Source: Candidatus Syntropharchaeum caldarium
GTDB taxonomy: Archaea > Halobacteriota > Syntropharchaeia > Syntropharchaeales > Syntropharchaeaceae
Reading direction: 5' to 3'
DNA length: 32,000 nucleotides
Assembly: GCA_001766815.1 (NCBI GenBank)
Contig: LYOS01000002.1
Coordinates: 234,577 to 266,576, forward strand
Notes under the pieces: model-generated
The model's input: the letters and a program-made list of their open reading frames with translations, nothing else
Told to the model about the DNA's origin: nothing
Databases searched by the model: none
Translations under genes and position numbers: made by a program
Part shown: in pieces, positions 8,906-16,150 of the stretch
How the letters are laid out: each line of letters opens with the position of its first letter
How positions within the stretch are numbered: the stretch's first letter is position 1

Positions 8906-10852
8906 TTAGTTCAGTTTGAAGTGGCCAAGCTCTCTGAGAAGATCATCCGCAAGACCTGCAAGTGTCTGTGTTGATGCGGCAAGCTCCTCAATAGCTGCTG
9001 TCTGCTCTTCAACCGATGCAGAACTCTCTTCTGAGGCCGATGCACTCTCCTCTGAGACTGCTGCAACCACTTCGATCATCGTAAATATCTCCTTCATCGA
9101 AGCATCAATCCTGGTTGCTCTTTCTGCAATCTCTTCTATTATTGCATTTATCTCACCAATCGATGAGACCACATTCTCAACGCTCTTCAGGGCTACCTCA
9201 AGAACCTCTCCTCCTTCTTTTGCAGCGGTGTCTGCTTTGGAAGAGATCTCAAGTGTGCTCGTACCAACCTCGTTGATCTCATCAACTGCACTGATTGATT
9301 CACGGGCTGCATTCTTGACCTGATCTGCGAGGTTCTTGACGGCATCTGCAACAACCGCAAATCCCCTTCCAGCCTCGCCTGCACGGGCCGCTTCGATCGC
9401 AGCGTTCAATGCGAGCATGTTCGTCTCGTTTGCAACCTCGGTTATCACTTTACCAAGCTCTCCAACCTTCTTGATCGACTGGTTCATATCCTTGATCGAG
9501 TTAGAGGTCTTTGCAATCTCACGCTGTATCGACTCAAGCCCAGACATAGCTTCCTCTGCATTCTCTTGAACCTCTTCTGACTTCTCGACCGCTTCTTTTC
9601 CTTTCTGGGTGGAGTCCTTTATGCGTTTATTTGTGGAATCTATTAGCTCTGAAATTTCACTGACATTTCCTGCGGCCTTCTGCGCAAGTTCTACGAGCTT
9701 CTGTGATCCTTCTGTTACATTCTGCGTTCCAGATGAGATCTGATCCATCGATGCTGACATCTCCTGTGATGAAGCAGAAAGTGTTTGAGCCATATCTGCA
9801 ACCTGTTTTGCGACGTCATCTGCAGATGCAATCGCCCCCGCAACCGCATTAACAAGAGTGTTGAAATCATCAATCATCCTGCCAAGATCATCATCCCGCT
9901 CTTTCTCAAGCCTGACCGTGAGATCTCCTTCTGCAACCTGCCTCACCGCCTCAGCAAAACGCTCTGTATTTCGCTGGAGGTAGTCCTGTTGCTCTTTGAT
10001 CACTGTGATATCTGTTATATATTCAAGCGCACCCACGATCTTGCCTTCTGCATCCTTCATCGGCGCATCTGTGTACTGTATCGGGATATTACCTGCTCCA
10101 TGTGCAACCGTCTCACCTGTGAAAACGCCATCATTTCGCATCGCCAGGGATGCTCGACACTCCTCTGTCTGGCAGTGTGGTGTGTCAAATAGTTCATAGC
10201 ATTTCTTCCCGATTGCAGATTCTGGTGTCTCTCCGACAGCATTTGCACCAGCCCTGTTTATGAACTGAATGTTGAAGTCCCTATCAATGACCATCACAGG
10301 AGCTGGAATGTTGTTGAGATACTCAACCTTCACCTGTGCATCATACTCAGCCTTCTTAACCTCAACAACCGAAGTCCCTGTGTGCAGTATCCCGTATATC
10401 TCACCATTCTCGTCTCTCAGAGGATCACAGGTGTATTTGATCGGTATAAACTCTTCACCAAGCTTGATATCAATCTCAAAGACCGAACTCTCGCCCCTGG
10501 CAGCTTTTGATAGCGCATCCTTCATCTTAGCCACTGCATCATGAGAATATGTCCACCATTCCATATCGAGAAAATTCCTTCCAACGACGTCATCGAGTGT
10601 GAAACCAAAGCCTTCAAGCGGTGCACGGTTTGCAAACTTTATTGTACCATCAACCTCACTCGCTGCCATCAATGTTGGCATGTTGTCAAGATACTCAACC
10701 TTCTCCTTTGCGTCTTTTGCCGCCAATTTCATCTCTGCATTCTCTTTTTCAAGTCTTTCAATCAGCGATTCGAGTTCTTCTATCTTTGACGGCTCTTTTA
10801 CAGATGCACCAGTATCTGCTTTCGTAGTAGAACTCTTCTTCTTTGCTGACAA
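8906..10852 (-). CDS. Soluble methyl-accepting chemotaxis protein: N-terminal coiled coil, two PAS domains, HAMP, MCP signalling domain
   Basis: 648 aa with no TM segment. The highly conserved hairpin tip is present ([32 protein letters not shown]). The start is TTG at 10852, preceded by GGGGGG with a 6-nt spacer. Confidence 0.9.
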   Translation of the reverse strand: MSAKKKSSTTKADTGASVKEPSKIEELESLIERLEKENAEMKLAAKDAKEKVEYLDNMPTLMAASEVDGTIKFANRAPLEGFGFTLDDVVGRNFLDMEWWTYSHDAVAKMKDALSKAARGESSVFEIDIKLGEEFIPIKYTCDPLRDENGEIYGILHTGTSVVEVKKAEYDAQVKVEYLNNIPAPVMVIDRDFNIQFINRAGANAVGETPESAIGKKCYELFDTPHCQTEECRASLAMRNDGVFTGETVAHGAGNIPIQYTDAPMKDAEGKIVGALEYITDITVIKEQQDYLQRNTERFAEAVRQVAEGDLTVRLEKERDDDLGRMIDDFNTLVNAVAGAIASADDVAKQVADMAQTLSASSQEMSASMDQISSGTQNVTEGSQKLVELAQKAAGNVSEISELIDSTNKRIKDSTQKGKEAVEKSEEVQENAEEAMSGLESIQREIAKTSNSIKDMNQSIKKVGELGKVITEVANETNMLALNAAIEAARAGEAGRGFAVVADAVKNLADQVKNAARESISAVDEINEVGTSTLEISSKADTAAKEGGEVLEVALKSVENVVSSIGEINAIIEEIAERATRIDASMKEIFTMIEVVAAVSEESASASEESSASVEEQTAAIEELAASTQTLAGLADDLLRELGHFKLN

Positions 10853-10895
10853 TTCTTTCCCCCCTTTTTAACATTTAAGTTCACAAATAAGTATG

Positions 10896-10903
10896 GTATA
10901 TAA
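10896..10903 (-). promoter_or_regulatory. Candidate TATA box for the MCP-cheW-HK-cheA-cheD transcript
   Basis: The minus strand reads GGTTATATAC about 44 nt upstream of the MCP start. Confidence 0.3.
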
Positions 10904-10989
10904 CCATTTGAGTTTTTTCATATCAATAAACTTATTTTGATCTTGGAGTTATTTAAGTATTGTTTAAGTTATACCATAAATCTAAGCAC

Positions 10990-10996
10990 AAAAAAA
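10990..10996 (-). terminator. Oligo-T tract downstream of mptA
   Basis: The minus strand reads GAAGCTTTTTTTGTG about 35 nt after the mptA stop. Archaeal terminators are typically T-runs. Confidence 0.3.
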
Positions 10997-11030
10997 GCTT
11001 CAGGCAAATCAAAATATCTGATTACATATT

Positions 11031-11975
11031 TCAGATCTCAGATCTCAGCTCAGCAAGGGTTGCAACGCGCTCAGCAAATGCGTTATGTCTGTGGATACTC
11101 TCCTCGTTTGTCTGCATTATCGTTATGATCGAGTCATCCGGGAGATTCGTCAATCGTTCCACAACAAGCTTTGCCATCGCTCTGACACAATCCTCAACAA
11201 ATCTCGGTCTGCGGTGAGCGGCCTCAACTATTGATGCTTCATCCACCCGCTTCAGCAGTTCAAATATTCGTGAACTCATGGATTCCTCGATGATCTCGAT
11301 AATCTCATCGAGTGAGACATCAACCCCGTCAGAGACCTCGATCGTGATCATACCACGACCGCGCTGATTGTGGGTTGCCATCGGAACATTCTTGAGGAAA
11401 GTTCTGATCTTGTCTTCGGCAAGCCCGAGCTTTGAGAGTTCGTCCGCGGCCAGTTCGCGCATAATCTCCTGGGCACAGGGACAGGTTGTAATTCCAAGAA
11501 CCTCTGCTCCAATGCGTCGTTTGATGGTGATCTCATCGCCTCCTGTCGCAATTGCATCTGCATAGATATCCACTATCTCCTGACACTGCATATCGGTTAT
11601 CGGTGTCCTTCGCTTGATTATGTATTCACTCTGCATCTGAACCTCTGCTCTGGATGCATACTCATGTCTATCAAGCAGTTTCCGTGCGACAGCACTGCAT
11701 AACTCCTCTATCTCATAGACTGGAGCGTTTATCGCCTCTTCAAGCACCTCGTCGATCGCTTCAAAGTTTCTGGAGAGGTTTGCACCCTTGATCTCTCTCG
11801 GCAGATCGACAAAAATATTGAACGTCGAAATGAGAATGATCGGACGTTTGTTATCTCTTGCAACCTCTACAAGCTTCTTCACATTTTTGACACCCACTCG
11901 AGTGAGGTTTATCTGGATATCCGGGTGGTTTGACTGAACATCAGGTAGCACCATCAGGGGAATCTCATGGATCAT
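11031..11975 (-). CDS. mptA: GTP cyclohydrolase MptA (GCH IV/FolE2 family, methanopterin biosynthesis)
   Basis: Contains LPDVQ...[13 protein letters not shown]...[10 protein letters not shown]...[10 protein letters not shown]...ATHNQRG, the FolE2/MptA pattern. The longest ORF starts at TTG 12017. ATG 11975 (an 11-nt overlap with the tatC 3' end) or ATG 11954 is more likely. Confidence 0.8.
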   Translation of the reverse strand: MIHEIPLMVLPDVQSNHPDIQINLTRVGVKNVKKLVEVARDNKRPIILISTFNIFVDLPREIKGANLSRNFEAIDEVLEEAINAPVYEIEELCSAVARKLLDRHEYASRAEVQMQSEYIIKRRTPITDMQCQEIVDIYADAIATGGDEITIKRRIGAEVLGITTCPCAQEIMRELAADELSKLGLAEDKIRTFLKNVPMATHNQRGRGMITIEVSDGVDVSLDEIIEIIEESMSSRIFELLKRVDEASIVEAAHRRPRFVEDCVRAMAKLVVERLTNLPDDSIITIMQTNEESIHRHNAFAERVATLAELRSEI

Positions 11976-12726
11976 GTTTAAAAGTGTATCTATTTTTTGC
12001 AGTGGGTGAATAACCAATACCTGCTATCAATATCCCAGCCTCATAGAAGATAACAAGCGGCAAGCCAACGATGATCTGGCTGAAGACATCTGGGGGGGTG
12101 AATACTGCCGCCATGATAAAAAGGGCAACATACGCATGCCTCCTGTATGCTTTCACGGTCTCAAGACGTACGAGCCCTGATCTCACAAAGAACAGGATCA
12201 GAAGCGGAAGCTCAAATGAGATGCCGATTAAAAGGGTCATTATAAGAACAAATGAGACAAACTCCTGTATCGAGTAGGTGGCATGTACGAGCCCTGAACC
12301 TGTAGCATCACTATAGAGGAATTTTAGAAAGAGGGGAAGCATGAAACAGTATGAATAGATCATGCCAATCACAAAAAGAGAGATGGCAGTGACTAAAAAA
12401 AGTACCGCATTCGATGGTTTGATGCGCGTCCTGATCTTAAACCGTTCCTTAAGTGCACGGTGCATGATGTAGAGTATGACTGGTAGAGAGAGGAGCACAC
12501 CTATCGCAAGCGCCATCTTGAACTTGAGAAGGATGACTTCAACAGGTGATATGTATATAAGTTCTGCGCCTTCAGGCAGGAGATCGTCTTTTATGATAAT
12601 AAGCAGGTCATTGAGGAACGGGAAGGAGATCATCATGCCCAGAACAATAACAAGAAGAACCAGCTTGAGTTTCTTCCTTATGGATACAGTTATATAACCA
12701 AGTTGTTCACCAATAGGAGTAGGCAT
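11965..12726 (-). CDS. tatC: TatC paralog (twin-arginine translocase component), divergent N-terminus
   Basis: Polytopic membrane protein with GISFELPLL and FTPPDVFSQ motifs. The track start at 12732 is TTG. ATG 12726 has AGGTGG 6 nt upstream. Confidence 0.8.
   Translation of the reverse strand: MPTPIGEQLGYITVSIRKKLKLVLLVIVLGMMISFPFLNDLLIIIKDDLLPEGAELIYISPVEVILLKFKMALAIGVLLSLPVILYIMHRALKERFKIRTRIKPSNAVLFLVTAISLFVIGMIYSYCFMLPLFLKFLYSDATGSGLVHATYSIQEFVSFVLIMTLLIGISFELPLLILFFVRSGLVRLETVKAYRRHAYVALFIMAAVFTPPDVFSQIIVGLPLVIFYEAGILIAGIGYSPTAKNRYTFKHDP
12690..12697 (+). promoter_or_regulatory. Candidate TATA box for the plus-strand tatC, lying inside the minus-strand tatC coding region
   Basis: TTATATAA followed by CC, about 59 nt upstream of the ATG at 12756. 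Confidence 0.3.
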
Positions 12727-12755
12727 GGACAACCACCTGTAACGGAGTCGGGATT

Positions 12756-13484
12756 ATGGCAGATACGACCAGAGATAAACCGATAGAGGATAAAGAACTA
12801 CCGTTGATGGAGCACATCATGGAACTTAGAGGGCGGCTCATGACGGTTTTGATCCCGCTTATCATCATCACGCTTATCACCTTTCCTTTCTCAAATACGG
12901 CACTCACATATATATTCAGAGATTTAATTCCTGAAAACCTGTCACTCTTCATCTATAGCCCCATAGAATGGATTTCTTTGAGATTTCTCTTTTCTTTAGT
13001 TTGTGCACTTGCTATTACGATCCCCCTCTTATTATATGAAACTTTTGCGTTCATCGCTCCGGGCCTCTATCCACATGAAAAGCGGTTCATCCTGAGGATT
13101 CTCATGCCATCATTTCTGCTCTATCTCCTTGGGGTTGTCTTTGCATATTACGTTGCACTCCCTCTTATCTTTGCTGCGCTAATCCCCTATGGCAGTGAAC
13201 TGGCAGCCTCTGCCTTCTCTGCAAAGCGCGTCTTCTCACTCATCTTCTATACAGCAATCTGGTTGGGAGTTATCTTTCAGGTGCCACTACTTATAATACT
13301 TGGTGTAAAGGCAAAAATCACAAACTACCATGCATTGCGGGCAAAGCGCGGTATCGTGTATATCGCCGCAATCGCCATAGCCCTCTTCGTAAACTCTGAT
13401 CCAACAGGCGTCTCACAGGTTCTGATTGCAGCCCTTCTGATCGTACTTTTCGAGCTTGGATTGCTTATAACACGATTTATGTAG
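12756..13484 (+). CDS. tatC: TatC paralog with a canonical N-terminal motif
   Basis: 242 aa with LMEHIMELRGRL (the H-x-x-E-L-R motif) and IAPGLYPHEKRF. It has GVIFQVPLL (Q where most TatC have E) and NSDPTGVSQ. Confidence 0.85.
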   Translation: MADTTRDKPIEDKELPLMEHIMELRGRLMTVLIPLIIITLITFPFSNTALTYIFRDLIPENLSLFIYSPIEWISLRFLFSLVCALAITIPLLLYETFAFIAPGLYPHEKRFILRILMPSFLLYLLGVVFAYYVALPLIFAALIPYGSELAASAFSAKRVFSLIFYTAIWLGVIFQVPLLIILGVKAKITNYHALRAKRGIVYIAAIAIALFVNSDPTGVSQVLIAALLIVLFELGLLITRFM

Positions 13485-13488
13485 TGTT

Positions 13489-13502
13489 AAAAAGAAAAAA
13501 AA
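13489..13502 (-). terminator. T8-C-T5 tract ending the Roadblock operon
   Basis: The minus strand reads ACTTACTTTTTTTTCTTTTTAACA, in the 32-nt gap between the convergent genes ending at 13484 and 13517. Confidence 0.4.
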
Positions 13503-13516
13503 GTAAGTCGCTTCAT

Positions 13517-13861
13517 CTACTTTAGCACAAGCGGTGTTATCACAATCTTTGCCATCAACACCATGGCACCGAGCATACCGATGTGATGAATTATTCTTGT
13601 AGCCTCGCCACCGCCCATCGCTCCAAGAATCTGTGCATCTATTGCGACCGAGAGACAGATGAACGTCAGTCCCAGATAGAGCAGTGTGTTGTGCTTTGTC
13701 TTATCGTATGCGAGAAAACTTGCACCCACAACAACAATGCAGACCGCAAGCTCAAGCGCGCTCGACCACAGTTCCCACGCTGGTGTCTCCTCTTCTGCAG
13801 CAGATGCCACACCAGCGAGTAAGACCAGTGTTAGAAGCAACACCAGCAGCATGTTTCGCAT
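13517..13861 (-). CDS. Small membrane protein (signal peptide-like N-terminus plus about 3 TM helices)
   Basis: ATG at 13861 is preceded by AAGGAGGTGA. The protein starts MRNMLLVLLLTLVLLAGVASAAEEE and continues with hydrophobic helices. It is the last gene of the Roadblock operon. The track ORF start at 13918 is probably too far upstream. Confidence 0.55.
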   Translation of the reverse strand: MRNMLLVLLLTLVLLAGVASAAEEETPAWELWSSALELAVCIVVVGASFLAYDKTKHNTLLYLGLTFICLSVAIDAQILGAMGGGEATRIIHHIGMLGAMVLMAKIVITPLVLK

Positions 13862-13886
13862 TTTAATTATCTCACCTCCTTTTCTC

Positions 13887-15221
13887 TTAGAAATCAAATG
13901 AATTTGCAAGTTTCTCATAGTTAATTTCCTCTTTTTTCTTTTCCTCGTGCCTCATACCAATATCCAGTGGCAATGTACACTCGATATCTTCTGCCTCAAA
14001 TCTTTTTTTAATCTCTTCATCGAGTAAGGCAGAGAGTTGTGAATTATCAAAGTGTTTGAGCTTTGATAACATGCCAAATTCATACCAGACAGTGACATGT
14101 ATCGCTTCGTCTATCACAACTGATGTATTCAATATCCTGATACGATTCTTCTTTCCAAAGTTTCTTATCTCGGCGTTCACCACTTCAGAGAGTAATTCAT
14201 AGTTCGGACTCCTTTCAACCTCCTCTTTCACTTCTTCAACTATATCGAGATTTACGGCATTATCGTTACCTATGATCATGTGTCCCAGACCCTCTGTCTC
14301 AACATGAACTTTCAGAGAATCGAGACTGATGTCCAGATCCTGGAAATCGGTAATAAAATCGAGTAGCCCCTCCTCTTCATTCGAGGACTGTTTACTGGTT
14401 TCTTCGATCTTAAACGTCTCTCGCCATTCACGCGTATCATCCGACCCGATCGGCGATGCGGTGATCACGATCTCGCCGGTGCCTTTCTTCTCAGGTATAA
14501 ACTCAATCTCCTGTACCTTTCCAGCTTCAATCATCCTTACAAAGGATTTTTGTTTCTCGCCTTCGATTGAGATCGAGACCTCAAGGTCAAAGATCTCCCC
14601 TTCGTCCTCAGATTTTGCCTGAATAAGGATTGGGATTACATCCCCGATCATAAATTGATCTTGCCCGATGTCTATCGTAAGTTCAAAATCTTTTGTCCCC
14701 GCGGTGGCAGGCACCACCTCTTCAATCACTGCACCTTCGGAAGTTTTCTCTTCTTTTTCCTGTTCTTCCTCCTCTAAGATAAGATATGGTCTTCCCTGTG
14801 AGTCAATAGCAAGAACGCCAGAACCCCACGTATCAATGACTGTTCCTCTGCCCTCTTCAAGTTCAGTTGTGATCTTGATCAGATCATCCATCATCGTGAA
14901 GAGGGATTCTTTATTCCATTCCTTTATCTTTGACATATCCGATGGGTTGAGCATGCATACATCAAACCAGCCTTTTTTGATGCTCAAGAATTTTTTGCAG
15001 GCCTTCCACCCGTGATATGTGTAATCTGCCCCCTCCTCTGATGATCCTATGATTTTTCCATTCTCTAAAAGGAGATATTTATCCACAAAACTCGTTTCCT
15101 GATTGGATACCCGGATATATCCAGTAAAAGAATCCATTATAAGATCGTATATAATCTTCCCAACGTCATGGTCTTCCATTCTTTCATCCCTGTATATGAA
15201 TTTCCCGGTTAAAAGATCCAA
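13887..15221 (-). CDS. Acidic multidomain protein: N-terminal PATAN/DUF4388-like domain, central beta-sandwich-like domain, C-terminal alpha/beta domain
   Basis: 444 aa. The N-terminus (VGKIIYDLIMDSFTGYIRVSNQETSFVDKYLLLENGKIIGS...YHGWKACKKFLSIKKGWFDV) follows the DUF4388/PATAN consensus shape. Two Glu-rich linkers are present. The middle segment (FELTIDIG...GEIVITASP) looks like a CARDB/Ig-type sandwich. The call is by pattern only. Confidence 0.45.
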   Translation of the reverse strand: MDLLTGKFIYRDERMEDHDVGKIIYDLIMDSFTGYIRVSNQETSFVDKYLLLENGKIIGSSEEGADYTYHGWKACKKFLSIKKGWFDVCMLNPSDMSKIKEWNKESLFTMMDDLIKITTELEEGRGTVIDTWGSGVLAIDSQGRPYLILEEEEQEKEEKTSEGAVIEEVVPATAGTKDFELTIDIGQDQFMIGDVIPILIQAKSEDEGEIFDLEVSISIEGEKQKSFVRMIEAGKVQEIEFIPEKKGTGEIVITASPIGSDDTREWRETFKIEETSKQSSNEEEGLLDFITDFQDLDISLDSLKVHVETEGLGHMIIGNDNAVNLDIVEEVKEEVERSPNYELLSEVVNAEIRNFGKKNRIRILNTSVVIDEAIHVTVWYEFGMLSKLKHFDNSQLSALLDEEIKKRFEAEDIECTLPLDIGMRHEEKKKEEINYEKLANSFDF

Positions 15222-15224
15222 TAG

Positions 15225-15575
15225 TTAACCCCCCACAAGGTACGATTTAAATTCGGGTATTGCAACCTTCATAGCGACCCTGACCATGCCTATGTTGGCA
15301 TCTCTATCCGTCAACACAGCAACACCCCCTGCATCCACGGGAAGTACAAGGAGCTTCTCATTGTTCATCTCAAGCATTATAAACTCAGAATTTGATCCAA
15401 TACCCTCGGCAACTTTCTCTGAGTAGTTTATGAGGTCCTGGGCGTATGCAAATAGCTTTTCCTTGTCAACGTCCGTTGATGTGATCGCGTCGACCGGTAG
15501 ACCATGCACAAATACGCCACATGCATGAACACCACCTATCCTCATCAGATCTTCAAGCCTCTTTTTAATACTCAC
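15225..15575 (-). CDS. Roadblock/LC7 (MglB-like) domain protein
   Basis: 116 aa with LEDLMRIGGVHACGVFVHGLPV...LLVLPVDAGGVAVLTDRDANIGMVRVAMKVA, the typical Roadblock/LC7 fold pattern. GTG start with GGAGAGGTGA upstream. Confidence 0.7.
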   Translation of the reverse strand: MSIKKRLEDLMRIGGVHACGVFVHGLPVDAITSTDVDKEKLFAYAQDLINYSEKVAEGIGSNSEFIMLEMNNEKLLVLPVDAGGVAVLTDRDANIGMVRVAMKVAIPEFKSYLVGG

Positions 15576-15628
15576 TCACCTCTCCACCACATCGAAAATA
15601 AAATATGGGGTGAATACCCCTTTATCTC

Positions 15629-15982
15629 TCACTGCAGCTGCTTCTGCACCAGTGGTATTGCTTTTTTCATCTCAAGGCGCGCCTTACCAAGGTTACCGTT
15701 TGCTTCAAGTGCCATCCCAATCCAGTACTCCTCATCGATCGGGCGCAGGAAGAAGATTGCAGCATCCGTTGTTGTCATCGACTCTTTGACCTTTCCGGCG
15801 CTTGCATCTTCCATCATCTTCTTGGAGTAGGTAAGCCCCATTGCAGCAGATGCTACTGCATCCTCTATCGAGAAATTCGGATCAGTCTGTGCCGATGCAA
15901 CTGGCATGCCATCATATCCGGCAATCGCCACTGCGATCGAACCATCAACGTTTTTTAGTATATCATTTAACACTCTTTCCAA
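15629..15982 (-). CDS. Roadblock/LC7 (MglB-like) domain protein
   Basis: 117 aa with LNDILKNVDGSIAVAIAGYDGMPVAS...AAIFFLRPIDEEYWIGMALEANGNLGKARLEMKKA, the typical Roadblock/LC7 pattern. It is a distinct paralog of the downstream gene. Confidence 0.7.
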   Translation of the reverse strand: MERVLNDILKNVDGSIAVAIAGYDGMPVASAQTDPNFSIEDAVASAAMGLTYSKKMMEDASAGKVKESMTTTDAAIFFLRPIDEEYWIGMALEANGNLGKARLEMKKAIPLVQKQLQ

Positions 15983-16085
15983 TGCCGTATTTTATCCCCC
16001 CTTTCAGGTTCTTCGTTCTACACATCGAGCAGATGTATATTATGTTTTATTACTGAATTTATCTATAAAAGTCTTTTGTAAGTGG

Positions 16086-16146
16086 TTAAAAACTTTTAAA
16101 GTTTTGTAAATACTATTAAAATAGTTTAAATACCTTTAAAAACTTT
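16086..16146 (-). terminator. AT-rich spacer with repeated T-runs after the AMP phosphorylase gene
   Basis: After the TAA stop the minus strand contains AAAGTTTTTAA twice (plus strand TTAAAAACTTT at 16086-16096 and 16136-16146) plus ATTTTAA. This is consistent with oligo-T termination signals. Confidence 0.3.
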
Positions 16147-16150
16147 CATT

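Noticed and set aside
8443-8919. 158-aa plus-strand ORF opposite cheW, and similar long antisense ORFs (18452-18979, 16464-16853, 8916-9323, 9785-10192, 21052-21408)
   Set aside because: They are shadow ORFs on the strand opposite well-supported genes. Their translations are low-complexity and Ser/Pro/Thr-rich, with no recognisable motifs or start signals.
10892-10978. 9-bp inverted repeat TATGGTATA (10892-10900) / TATACCATA (10970-10978) upstream of the MCP gene
   Set aside because: It is short and AT-rich, one arm is simply the candidate TATA box region, and the arms do not extend. It is plausibly chance, so it is not reported as a regulatory site.
11031-11055. Tandem CAGATCT CAGATCT CAGCTCAGC with two BglII-type palindromes
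   Set aside because: It lies within the last codons of mptA (AELRSEI-stop). It is a short coding-sequence coincidence with no flanking repeat structure.
12707-12952. 81-aa minus-strand ORF spanning the tatC divergent junction
   Set aside because: It overlaps the well-supported plus-strand tatC start and the minus tatC 5' end. It has no SD and no recognisable features.
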